This document shows, piece by piece, positions 40,014-54,869 of a stretch of DNA of 64,000 nt (its first letter is position 1; each line of letters starts with the position of its first letter). Source of the DNA: Chlorokybus atmophyticus (taxonomy: Eukaryota > Plantae > Mesostigma and Chlorokybus algae). Both the position numbers and the translations under genes were made by a program. The notes beneath the pieces were generated by a model. The model was not told the DNA's origin and searched no databases. It worked only from the letters and a program-made list of their open reading frames with translations. Where the stretch lies: contig RHPI01002069.1 of assembly GCA_009103225.1 (NCBI GenBank), positions 955,378 through 1,019,377 on the forward strand, in the 5' to 3' direction.

Positions 40014-41862
40014 CTATGTTCTCTTCTCCTCTAACAACTGATCAATCTGACTCTTCATTTTCCTAAGCACGTGATTAACGCTCTCGTCCAGCTCTGCAGT
40101 GCGCATGCTCTGCAAGTCCAGCAGCGAATCTCCGACCTTGATGGTTAAGTTGTAGTTTGGTGACGATGCAGGGTCCGGAGAACACGCGTCTCGTTGTTGA
40201 GTTGTTGTCACGACTGTAGTGGCAGAGTGCGCAGCTGCACGCGTTCTCCTCACCGTTGCCTGCACACTGCAAGCAAAGCAAGTGCACAGCTGTCACCACA
40301 TTTGCGCCAATTGGACGGCCCAGCTGTGTGCTTCTTCTACCAGCATACAGCAACATGCATCCTTACGTGACTGTCGCGGGGGCAGAAGGCGTGTTAAGCA
40401 TCAGCGCGCGCACGGTGCTGGACACGGGTCCCGGGGTGACCATACCATCCGCGGTGCAGACACCCAATGGCGATCCATTGGCAGACAACACGAGTTCCCC
40501 TGGCCTCGGGGCGCGCGCCGTCATGGGGCTCCTGCCCACATCAGGACCCAACCGCAGCGCCGTACTGACCTGGAGAAAACGCTCATCTTATAAGGGCGCG
40601 ATGGTTGTGAATTGAGTACTGGAAGGCAGGGAAAAGGATGCAGGCGTCCTAGTTAGCAACCGCGATAAGCGTATGTTGTGTACCTGCATTGGTGTGGCCA
40701 TGGGAGTGGCTGAAACCTGCCTGCTCGCTTTGGACCGTGTCACGCGCTGTGCTGTTGCCGGCACCAACAGCGTCTCAGGCATCACGTTCTCGAGCTGCGG
40801 GTGTAGTGGGGGCTGCGGGAACAGCACGGCCACACATGCGTGTCAAGGTGTGTCTCCAACTGCTCTCAACCACACCAGAGTGGTTGATGTCACGTTAACA
40901 CAACATCATCACGCACCATCTTTGGAGGACGGCCACGGCGCCTTGGGGGCTTGGCAGCTGCAGTAGCCTCTGCACATGCGATGGCTCGTGTTTAACACCC
41001 AATGCTTGTCTAGCACATGCATTAGAAACAGCATTATGCAGATATGCTTGCCTGGCACCGGTGCTCCTGCTGCCATGGTTGCGTCGACAGATGTAACGGC
41101 TGGAGCGCTCGTCTGCTGCTCTTGTCCAATGGCAAAGTGTCTCGACTTGTACACACTTAGACTGCCGCAGTACTTGGCATTGAACTCAGCATGGCGCATT
41201 TTCAACACCTGCCGGCATGCTCAACACGAGTCACGACCTTGTCGCATGTGCACACAAAAGATACTTCTCTTACCTCTGGAGGCACGCTTTGCATGACCTC
41301 ATCATACGTCTTGCGCAGCTCTTCCACGACAACACTCATGTCGGCTACTAAAGCCTCCAATCTCCGCTTCACTGCAAGAAATCATGCTGACTTCAGTGAT
41401 CCTGAGTGCTTGCAACAAGAAGTCTCATGCATTGCCCATTGCAGTGGCCATCGGCCAGCATTGCGCACACTCAAAAACCACTTGTAGAACTGCATTGTCC
41501 TACGGACATACTTTACACTCAACATTGGTGCATGCTACAGCGGTTGATTGCTAAACCAGATACGCTACAAGCTTTTCCAACATTAAGTCAGAAAGCATCC
41601 AGGAAGTGTGAATCGGTGCACGTGCAATAGAGTTGGTACCTTCTACTTGTATCTCAGCAACCATGGTCTCCGCCAGCTCCGCCCGCGCCGCGTGCAACCG
41701 GTCTGCATCATCTGCAACAATAGCAGCGAAAATATTCTTGCGAACGCCGGCTCTGTCCACGCCTTCCTCGGCGGCGGTGACAACATTGCCCTCGTTGACG
41801 TCCTGGCGCAGATCCCCAAGCGGCTGCCGGCCGCCGCCCCTCTTCCCCCTGCCCCTGACCAT
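40014..41862 (-). CDS. Borealin/CDCA8-like chromosomal passenger complex subunit
   Basis: N-terminal helix AEIQVEVKRRLEALVADMSVVVEELRKTYDEVMQSVPPE|VLKMRHAEFNAKY, an AT-hook-like RRRGRPPK, the motif ARAPRPGELVLSANGSPL, and C-terminal YNLTIKVGDSLLDL..VLRKMKSQIDQLLE. Confidence 0.75.
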
Positions 41863-42035
41863 AGCTCGAGCCGCAGTCAACCGCTCCCGACAGTCTAGTA
41901 CATAGACACCACCCCTCTGTAACCCGCTTACCCCAACCCCAACCCCACCGCCACCCTCACCGCCGCCGTCGCCGCCCACAACGCCACCACCAGGCAACTT
42001 TGTTGCCGTTGCTGCAATTCAAATCCAAGGCGGGT

Positions 42036-42043
42036 AAACCCTA
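42036..42043 (+). promoter_or_regulatory. Telo-box AAACCCTA in the Borealin/MYND-CS divergent promoter, next to an E2F-like GGCGGG
   Basis: Exact AAACCCTA match between two divergent start codons. A second copy (TAGGGTTT) sits at 55105-55112 between SQD1 and INTS6. Confidence 0.4.
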
Positions 42044-42442
42044 GCCGCGCGATACAGGAAACCTTCTTTCCGGCAATCCGGTTCGGAAGCTTGGCTGTTG
42101 GTTGGTTCAGTGAGCTTGACGCTTGGTTCAGTGAGCTCCCCCGGCTCCCTCCCTTACGTAACGCTTCCAGGCGTAAAGGCGCTGCGCCCAGGCAACTGTG
42201 AGTGTGTTTGTGTGTGCGTTGAGTGTGAGTGTTAAGTGTAGTGTAGTGGCGCTGTGTGTTCAGCTGAACACTAATTTGAGGGGTTACAGCTGGCTTGACA
42301 CACTACGACTACAATCTAAGGTGGTCGCCCGTTTCAGTGCTGCAGAGGTGAGTTGCATTGCGCAACGTGTCCGTCTGCATGCACAGCATGCCAACCACCC
42401 ATAAAGTTGCTCACCAAGCCACTGTCATCCAGCGCTCACCCC

Positions 42443-44077
42443 ATGCAACAAAGGTCCCACTTAGCAGGCGAGGAGAGGTCAGGAGAGGAGCCAGGAGGTG
42501 AGTGTGACAAGGAGCAGGGCAACAAGCAAATTGACAACAAGCAGAAACACGAAGACTTAAGAGTGCAAGATGGTGCTTGAGGGCCGAGATAGCTACATTA
42601 TCAAGAAAGAATGCGGTAAGGAGGCACAAATAGTCGTAGTCGATGATAGATAAGGCAGCGCTGTGCACGTGCACGTCAACAGGGTTGTGTCTCCCTTGCT
42701 TTTTGTTTGCAGGCAACTGCGGTGCGGACGGCACTGGGGAGGTGGCCCTGTCGAGGTGTGCGCGATGCCACGGCGCGTACTACTGCTCTGCGCGGTGCCA
42801 GAAGAGCGCCTGGCCCTTCCACAGACCCTACTGCAGGCAAGTAACAGGTTAAGATAGGACTAGAACTGTCGTGTGAACACTTGTGTTTTGTCTTGATGCA
42901 TGTGTGCTGAGGAGGTTTGTCCATGCGCAGGCGCAATGACTTTGCGGATGCCTTGGAGCAGCACGGGGACGCCGAGTTTGCGGGGTGGCTGCGCAAGCAC
43001 AACAAGATAGGCGTGCTGCGTGACGGTGAGCTTAAGCAATGCATGAACTGAGCTTAATCAAATCATGACTCAACACCAAATTCTGTTGGTTCTGTTGGTA
43101 GATGAGGTGGGGAGAATATTGGAGAAGGAGCAGAGCCTGCAATCGATGTACGGGCTGGCGAACCCCGCCGAGGGCATCGTACCCCCCAAATACAGTGAGC
43201 AGGAGCGCGAACGCATAATCGCCGCCGCCAACGGCGAGCGGGAAGCCCGCGCACAACTAACCGCAAAAGGTGGTGACTGATTCTTCTCTCCCCAGCCAGG
43301 TGGTTTATTGTACTGATGAAGTAATGCGATATCAGAGCGCCATTGGATGAGCATCAAGGTGGACCCAACACTGGGTGCCGACATGGGCACACTAAAATGG
43401 AGGCAGACTCAGGCGTGCGTGGAGGTGAGTGCGTAGCACACTGTAGTGGTGTCTGTGAAGTGATAAGTGTTGATGTGCCTGTGTTGAGCTTACACACACT
43501 GCAGTTGTATCTGCTCGTGGGCGATGACGTGGGGGCGAGGGATGTTGAAGTTGTCCTCACGAGCATGCACCTGCGCATTGTGATCAAGGGGGAGGTCTGC
43601 ATTATGGGCGAGCTGGCGCAGCCCATCAAGCGCGACGACAGCACGTGGATGCTTGGTGAGACTCATTGGCAGGCACACTCTGTTCTTAGCGAGCATGCAG
43701 GAACGTTGTGCAGTGACGTGATGATGTGGGATGGTTGTACTTGTTGAAAGAGGGCGGTGTGTTGGAGCTGGTGATGCTCAAGCGCAATCGCCGCGGGTTT
43801 TATGAGGACAAGACGGATAACAGGCACACCTTCTGGTGGAGCCTGGTGGCCAGTGGTCCAAGACTGGAAGGGGAGGAAGAGGTGACGTGATGCAAATGGT
43901 TGTAGAATGTTGCTTGCCATGCACAGGGTTGCTATTTCGACCTGATCATCGTTCAGGATTGACAGTCAGTTGTGCCTGCAGGTGCCGAATGCCTACTTCA
44001 ACACCGAGTACGACACGGATATCACTATTGACAAGTGCCGGCCAAAGAAGATGCGCGGGGCTACAAGAACCAAGTGA
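42443..44077 (+). CDS. MYND zinc finger plus CS (p23/NudC-like) domain protein
   Basis: SRCARCHGAYYCSARCQKSAWPFHRPYC is a MYND finger. WRQTQACVE|LYLLV..ARDVEVVLTSMHLRIVIKGEVCIMGELAQPIKRDDSTWML|EGGVLELVMLK..FWWSLV is a CS/NudC fold. The first exon is uncertain. Confidence 0.8.
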
Positions 44078-44426
44078 GGCAGAGTGAATGAGTACATAGC
44101 ATAGGTACAGAAGGCTAACAGCTTGAAGATAGCAAGATATCAAAAGCAATTGACACTGGAGCAAACAACTCCTTTGTCACTTGTTTACAATTGCTCTTTT
44201 ATGTTACCTGGGTGTGGCAGACCTTCGCGTATAAAAAAATCTAGCAAGCTGCAGCTAATTGCATGTGTGTCGCATCTGTGTTACACAGCTACCTTTCCAC
44301 ACTGCATCCGCTGAGCTGGCTGCTCTCATACATACATGCATATCCTACAACTATTTGTCATACTGGTACAACAAGTTGTTCATGCATAAATATGCATCGT
44401 AGTCCCTGATACTGTAAGTCACCATG

Positions 44427-46880
44427 CTACCGTCCACCAATCTTTCCCGCCACCTCTCTGTTCCGGCTATTCCTGCTCACAGCAACAACGGCACGTCATG
44501 ACAGATACGCAATCAGCAACTCACAAGTGCCAAACTGCAGACATATCAGGCAAACAACTTTCAACGGGACAACTGAACTACAGACATCACAAACAAACAT
44601 ACCTTAGTGACGCACGAGGAGATTCGCCAAGTGGTGCACTTGGCGCTGAGTTCAGGCTTGGGTCCCCGAAAATCGCTGATGTTTTGGTAGCGTACTGCCC
44701 TTCAACATCTGACATGTTAAACAGCAAGTGAGCTGTGTACAAACGTCACAACCAAAAGGCAGTTGAAAAATTGATCACTTGTCCCGTGCAACTGCTATCA
44801 GCATATGCACCGCACTCTCAGCTGCGCGTACTGCGGATGTGGCGCTTGGGTTGATCTTTGGCACTAAGGTTGCCACCGTACAGGATGCCTTTCATGGCAG
44901 GATTTGCATCCGTTGTGCCTCGAGCCGTCCAAGCAGTTGGAGAGTCTTGGGAGCCATGTGATGACTCTTGCTTCAGCTCCGGCGCAGGACTCAGCTTGCT
45001 GTCAGATACAGGCAGCGGAGACACTTTCGCTGTCCTCATGGAAGGAGGAGACTGCAATGGATTGCAGTGTTATCGCATCTCATTGTTCACATCACAAAAG
45101 CAGATGTTGATGCAAACGTACTGTGCTTTGGTTTTCCACGTATGATGAGATGACAGGGCTGGAACTGGGGTTGGGATGTGAGGACTCTTTGGTTGCGTAC
45201 TGTCCTGAAACAGCTGCACGAGCAGACGCATACTCAGCATGCTGCATTCTCAAACTCATGCACACCACTGGTAACCAGGTCGCCGACCTCTTGTGTGTCT
45301 GCGGCTGGTTGGGCTTGGACCATCGCCACTGCCATAAATAATGGACTTGGCAGCGGAGCCCTCCATGTTTGCTGTCGGGGACCTCATGGGCGATTTGTGC
45401 GCAGCAGCAGGAGAGACAGCGGGTGCTGCGGCCTTTTGGTGCGGCGTGTTCGAGTGTGGCTGCGTGTTGTCTGCCCCAGTCTTTACGGTCAGGTGCTTTA
45501 GCAGCTCTCTAGTCGGGCTTACTGGCTGTTGCATTGAGACCTCTGCCGGCAGAGAAGCTGGCTGCTGTGCTGCTGCTGCTGCTTTTGCAGGTGCTGTTTG
45601 TGACCCAACAGCTTCTTGCTGTGTTGCTGCTGTAGCCACTGGTGCAGGTGCTGCTTGTGGCACCATTGTAGCTGTCGCAGGTGCCCTACTCGCCAATTGT
45701 TGCTGTTGTTGCTGCGTAGCTGCAGCTGGAGGTGAAGGTGCTGGCTGCACCGCTGTGCTACTTGAAACTTGTGCCTTGACGGTGGTTGGCTGTTGTTCGT
45801 GTGGAAGAGGGGTTATCTTGCGCAGCTGTTGGAGAGGAGTCAAGTTCTCGTGTTGCGGCTCTGTCCCGGCCGGTGACGCTTGATGGTTGTCTGAGCGCTT
45901 GTGAGGTGCAGTGGCAGCCTGTGCATCTTGCGCACCGCTATAAATAACACTCTACATTGCAAAAGCAGGTTTAAGCTTGCGTACAGTTTTCCAGAGACAA
46001 AGTCAACACCGCTCAACAGCACGTTGCATCTGCGGCCGTGTCATCACGCACCTGTGCTGTGCTCTGTGTGGCCCTTGCTCCAGTAGTAAGCTTCCTTGCT
46101 GTTCTGCCAGTTGCTGCGGGTTGATACCGGTGAGAGTCGACCTCAGCAGTTGCTGGAAAATCGACGTCAGGTGACGGGAACGAGCGAGGAGATTCTGCTG
46201 GGGATACTGAAGGCGAGTAGCTGCGGTTGTATGCTGCGAGGCAATCAAGCAATGCATGACGGTCGCTGATCACATTGGATGTGGCAATTGAATGAGCTAT
46301 ACCTTGAGGGTCATACACCTTGGATGAGGCTAGGTCGCTCGGGCTCTTGGGTGTGCCATTACTATGAGCTGTGGGGGAAGGAGATAACCAATTACTCAAC
46401 AGTGGTTCGCAAGAAGTAAGTGTTGGCAAGGCACGATGCCATACAGTAGGCATGTTGTGTCATGCGATGATGTTCATGTTGCGGGTGATATACCGCATTT
46501 ACCCTAACCATGACACAGTCCCTGGGTGTCTACTGCCCCCCCGCGGCCCCCACTTCGCTTGATTAACTAGTACTTATAGCCCCACCCTACTCAACAAGGG
46601 CGGGGAGCTTTGTTGAGTATACTTTGAGACTACAACAATGCCTTCATTGGTGAGGGACCATGTAGGAGTGATACGGTGGTATCTACATGTGTTCACAACC
46701 AAAGGGTGACTCAAGAGCACAAGAAATGATACCCGAGAGTCTGTGCCATGCCCTTACATGTGCATTGTGCGCATGTGGTACTGACATGTGCCGCAAGCAG
46801 TTGTTTGCAGAGCGAGAGCGAGAGCGAGCGAGAGCGAGAGCGAGCGAGAGCGAGAGAGCGAGAGAGCGAGAGAGCGAGAG

Positions 46881-46940
<60 letters not shown>

Positions 46941-47691
46941 CGAGAGCGAGCGAGAGAGAGAGCGCGAGCGAGCGAGAGCGAGCGAGAGCGCGAGCGAGCG
47001 AGAGCGAGAGAGCGAGCGAGAGCGAGAGAGCGAGAGAGCGAGAGAGCGAGAGAGCGAGAGCGAGAGCGAGAGCGAGCGAGAGCGAGCGAGCGAGCGAGAG
47101 CGAGCGAGCGAGAGCGAGCGAGAGAGCGAGCGGGAGCGAGCGAGAGCGAGCGGGCGGGAGCGAGCGAGCGGGCGGGAGCGAGCGAGGGAGCGATCGAGAG
47201 GGAGCGAGCGAGCGAGGGAGGGAGCGAGCGAGCGAGGGGAAGGGCGAGCGAGAGAGGGGGGGAGGGCGAGCGCGAGTGGGGGAGCGAGCGTGAGAGGGGG
47301 AGCGAGGGGGAGAGAGGGGGAGCGAGAGAGAGAGAGAGAGGGGGGGAGAGAGAGGGGGGGGGGAGAGGGGGAAAGAGCGAGAGAGAGAGGGGGGCAGAGG
47401 GAGAGAGAGACTTCTTGGCAACGCACCATGCACCATGTGCGCAGTTTCCGCCTTTGTTGGCGTGGACGTGTAGGAGCGCGCAAAGGACGGGCTGTGCGCT
47501 GTCGAGGACGGCGATGCCGGCACGGTTCGCGGTGATGGAGGGTGTGAGTCCAGACGCGCCAAAGCAAGTTGGACCAGCGGTGAGTTGAGAATGTCCTCGG
47601 TCATCCCATTGACAACAATTGCACTCGTGCTGCTGCTGCTCCTCACTAAAGTGGCGTGCGCTGCTTCCATGCCGTTTATAGCTGGTGCCAT
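44427..47691 (-). CDS. Ser/Pro/Ala-rich unknown protein with short internal repeats
   Basis: Phase-compatible exons at ~47430-47690, ~46110-46450, ~45280-45840, ~44830-45060, ~44600-44710 and 44427-44480. No recognised domain; the start may lie further upstream. Confidence 0.5.
46567..46606 (-). mobile_element. Helitron-like 3' terminus (GC-rich hairpin, 9-nt spacer, CTAG|T)
   Basis: Minus strand reads CCCCGCCCT-TGTTGAGT-AGGGTGGGG CTATAAGTA CTAG|T. The 5' end is not identified. Confidence 0.4.
46808..47410 (+). repeat. ~600-bp nearly T-free purine-rich tract: (GAGAGC)n, (GA)n, (GAGC)n, G-rich
   Basis: Directly visible and intronic. The RERE/LSRS ORFs over it are artefacts. Confidence 0.95.
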
Positions 47692-48827
47692 GGCAGGATG
47701 GGAAGTGCCAGCTGTGCTCTGAGCAGAGGACCCAGTGATTGATTTGCGATCCTGAAACCCATGAACAATAAGTAATCACAAGTGAAGTGGTACACATCAG
47801 AAAATAAGATTTAGCTAGACACCAGCGCAGGTGCTAATAAGCATGCTGGAATGCAGATGTTTCGCGCGTGTTAACTACAACAGCGGTTATGCTGCTTGAA
47901 AGTTTGCAACACGTGATGAACACCAATTGATCGACTTGGGAGGGTACAAGTCCAACAACTGTGCAGCTAACACACCATAGGCAAGTTCTGTCTGCGTAGT
48001 GACTTGTCCTTAGAAATCAAGTCACACAAGTCAGTCATCCCACTTGGATGGTTCACACCGCTACGCTTGAACTGTGCAACTAGTGGAAAAGCACGCACTG
48101 TTCAGAGCTGTTACAGATTAGTCTGCAAATTCAATCCGATCTTGCTTCTGTAATAACACCAAGCACACGCCACATAGTTGGAAAATGAACAAGTTCAGGT
48201 TGGAGCTTCTGCTGCAAAGCAACCCAAAAATAAAACCGTGAACAGCTTGGGTATGGCTGTGCAGATCGTCAGTTGACAAGAAAATGAACCATTAAAACCA
48301 TGAAGACAGCCCCTCAACATCCAATACCTTGCGCCCGCCGACCAGCAGCTTCAGCGCCAGCACACCGACGGCGGCGGCGGCCGCCGCCATCACCTGCGGC
48401 GGCGCCATGGCCGACAGAGAGCAAGCGGGCCCCGCCCCGCCCCGCCCCGCCTCGCCCCCTTCGCCCTTGACCCTCCTGCCACTGAGGCCTTACCCCCGCA
48501 CCCGACCAGGCCAGGCCACTTGCGCAAGGAGCAGCAGCAGCACGTAAGACGCTACTGCCACACCCGCATTTGGCAATCGCCGCCCGGCGCTGCGGTTGCT
48601 GCCGTGTCCCGCGCGTGCGTGCGTGCAAGGCTGAGCCCCACCGTTTGTAACACACCGTTGAATAGACCCGTCTCAAACACCTGTGACTGGTGGTTAAAGC
48701 AGCAGTCAGGTGTACGGTATCGTCGTTGCCGTTAAAGGAGTAACCTCCGAGCAGCCGTTTTCCATCTGCTTGCGAATTCTCCCTCTTTCTTTTGGCGTTT
48801 TCCCGCCAACGAAACGGGGCGAGTAGG

Positions 48828-48874
48828 GGGTATGAAATTCATACCCTTTACATCATACCGTATGATGTAAAGGG
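48828..48874. repeat. Two overlapping perfect inverted repeats (9-bp and 15-bp arms, 1-nt loops)
   Basis: GGGTATGAA-A-TTCATACCC and CCCTTTACATCATAC-C-GTATGATGTAAAGGG share the CCC at 48844-48846. Confidence 0.95.
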
Positions 48875-49411
48875 CGAGAGCGGAGTTATTGTTGGGTTGT
48901 CTGCTCCGCTTGTGCCGCTATTGTATAGATATAGACGTCAACTGGCGGGAAGTTTGGTTTGATCCAGTTTGAATGTGGTTGGCGGCGGTGGGGTGCTGGT
49001 GGTCAGGTTGGTAGGCTGCTGTCGTGCTTGCGGCATGGTGAATAGGGCGAAACCGGGCTGCTGCGTCAGCTTGCTTGCGGTATGCTGGCCCTGCGCTGGA
49101 GCTTGCGAGGTTTGAGCCCGAGCATTGGTGTGAGCAGTGTGCTACTACTCCTGGTGTCCAGCAGTGAGTAGTGCTTCTCTCCATTGCAGCAACCAGTTTG
49201 AAGCTTTGCGCATGGGCGTGAGGAGGACGCGTGGTCAAGGCCCTGTGCATTCATGTACTGGTTGATGACAGTGCTTCAGCTGCCAGCTGGCCGCCTTTGT
49301 TGCTTGCCGTAGCGCAGCTTGCTTTGCACTGCTGCATGCGCACAAACCAGCGCTCGGGGTAGATTAGCCTGGTCGCTGCACCATATTGCGGAAGCTTTGC
49401 GACTGCCCGCC

Positions 49412-51044
49412 ATGAAAGTCAATCCCGGCAGCATTGAAGGTAAACTTGCTGCATGCAGGCAGCAGTCACTACATGACTTCCATACACGTTAGTCTGAGTG
49501 TCATACACCAACTGGTACAGTAGATGCGATGGGCATTGCGCACATGCGAACAGGGCATTGAACCACATGCAAGGAGCAGTTATGCATGCCAGGCATCACC
49601 TTGAATCATACACACCACCACCAGGCTAGTGTGCTAGCTCCTCAACTCACTGCTAGCTCTACCACTAGCGATACTACCCGTGTGCTCAATGTCTGTCAGC
49701 TCTGTTTGCTGATGAGTTGGCTTATGGCTTGACGCCTTACTGCCGTTTGCAGGCAGGGTCTTGGCCTTCGTCAACGAGGTACATTGGACAAAAACTCTCC
49801 CCACATGTTGCTTCGCAATCTGCTGGTTGTGCGGTGCGGGTTTGGTGAAGTTTGGTGCTGCTGGCTTGCAGCAAAACAGGCCGCTGAACGCGCAGTATGT
49901 GGCCGACCACCTGCAAACACAAGGCGTCAAGAAGACGGCTGCCCAGAAGGCGCTGGACGCACTGGCTGAAGGCCAGGAGATCACGGCCAAGGACTTTGGT
50001 GAGTGTCAAGTTCTGTTGTCATGCGGTCGATGCCACATTTCTATCTCGTGTTGACATTCAGTATGTGTGTGTGCGTGCATGCTTGTAGTTAAGCTGTGGC
50101 CAATATGCAGGCAAGCAGAGGCTGTACATAGCACGGCAAGATAGGTTTGAGATACCATCAGAGCAGGTCAGCGGACATGGCGTTAAGTGAACACAGACAA
50201 CTGTACTGTGCTTCTGTTGTGGTTGACGAGCTTGCTCAGGAGCTAGCCGCCATGGAATCCAGGCTGAAAGCTTTAACGTCTGATGTTGAGTCTGAGAAGG
50301 CTATCGTGGGTGTAATGGAAAACGGTAAGTGGAATTGTTCAAAGCAGCAATTTAACAACTTCAGCGCACCATTCGCCAACGCTTCTGTGGTTACAGAGGT
50401 CAAGTCGCTGCACTCTGCCCTTACCGATGAGCAACTTATCACTCGCACAGCAGAGCTACAAAAACAGGTACTCTCAATGCATGATCACGCCACTCATTGC
50501 ACAGCTACATTCATATGCAGTGCTTACAGCTGGTATATAATCTGTGCTTACAGACTGCAAGTGCAGACCAGAAGCTGGCAAAATTGCGGTCGGGAGCAGT
50601 GTTGGTATCTCCTGAAGAGCGCGCAAAAGTCCTGGCGGCTTACCTGAAGACGGTTAACGAATGGAAGAAGCGAAAACGCATGTTCAAAGACTTCTTCAAC
50701 ACGATCACTGAAGCCATCGACAAGAAAACAGCTGATCTGATGGTAAAAGCTACTGCCTAACTCAGCATGCTGTGCGTCATAATATGCTCTCTCAGCCGGT
50801 TGGTTTGACCTGCATCACTGTACTGCAAGACTTGTGTTATTGAAGGAGGTGCTGTTCGCATGCTCTCGTGATGGTTCAAAGTTTACTCCCGTCAACAGGA
50901 CTGTACCTTGCGGACAAGTGCATGCTGTTTAATTAACTGTACCATGTTGACTGACAGGAGGAGATGGGAGTGGAGACTGATGAAGATGCGGGTGTGGACA
51001 TCAATGAGTACTTGGGACTTGATCAAAGCAGAGCACGCAAGTAG
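49412..51044 (+). CDS. HOP2: Homologous-pairing protein HOP2 (TBPIP/PSMC3IP)
   Basis: VLAFVNE|QNRPLNAQYVADHLQTQGVKKTAAQKALDALAEGQEITAKDFG|KQRLYIARQD, a coiled coil, then EWKKRKRMFKDFFNTITEA..|EEMGVETDED. Confidence 0.93.
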
Positions 51045-52214
51045 ACCATGTTTGTGTTGATGTGGACTAGTTGAGCTGTTTCCGGCTTACAACTTGTAAC
51101 CAGGTAACAACCTTTGACATGTGTAGAACGAGCAGGATACTGTACAGAATTGAATAACTAATTTTGTTGTAGGCTGAACTCTGCGTTGCCTGCACAGCAG
51201 CACACATCATAACAGTGTCAACGACAAGTTGATATGCATTGCATTTAAGGAGGTCTGCGTCAGCCTCTTGCGCGACATGATAAAGCAGGAGGAATGCTTG
51301 CGTCTGTTACTTGCAACTTAACTGGCAACAAGGCACATTGCAACTTTTACAAAATCAACAACGTGCTTGTCGATGAAGGAGAGGAACAAGGAGGACACGC
51401 ACCATACCCAATGCGCCTACCATGCGTAGTGAAGAGAGGTGTGGACCTACACAGACGACCAGCAAAGGGGGTGACTCACAGCAGCGAGCGTGACAGGAGG
51501 TGCAGTTATTGTGCGTGTCAGTCGCACTTTTTGACAAGATGCGTCCGTACAGGGCTCAACGGGCGCGGTCTGACAGACGCAATGATTCCAGATGTTTTGT
51601 GTTTAACATGTGTACTTCATTGTGCTGCTTGCCAATGTCCTGCGGCCTCATGAGTGACAATGCATACCTGTGTATCTGGTGTATAGATATGTACACCAGA
51701 TCCTTGCGTGCACACCACCAACCACTTTGCAACTCCCTGCGCGGAGCATGCTGCTGGTAGAGCTGCCTAGCCGAGGCAGCGCTACCGCCGCTTTATCAGC
51801 TCTCAATGTTAGCGCGAAGGTGTAACTACATCATAGCATAAATCTGTTGAAATAACGCTCGGCGCTCAGCGACTCTCAAAGGTGGCTGCCGCATGCCGCC
51901 ATACACATGATGCATGCCGGCATAGTAGCACACCCCTCTTGTACACTGAGCACTCCACAAACAAATTGCCAGAGTCCAAGCAAAGGGTTATCCGTCACGC
52001 CTTGTCATGCGTGGCATGCCACACCTTCCCATATAACCTGCCGAAACATCGATACACACTACTGCAATACAACACCAACACAGCTGCCAGATTAATATAA
52101 GTTCCTGCACTGCTAAGCTAACCATGACACTCTCAAAATGCCGTACAATTGCAACTACAGCCAAGCGCGTAAGGTCAACGCTGTACAACCAGGTCAACAT
52201 CTGGGTCGCGCGCT

Positions 52215-54869
<2,655 letters not shown>

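Noticed and set aside
46683-47797. Long RE-rich and LSRS-rich ORFs in all six frames
   Set aside because: These are stop-free translations of the GA microsatellite, which lies in an intron.
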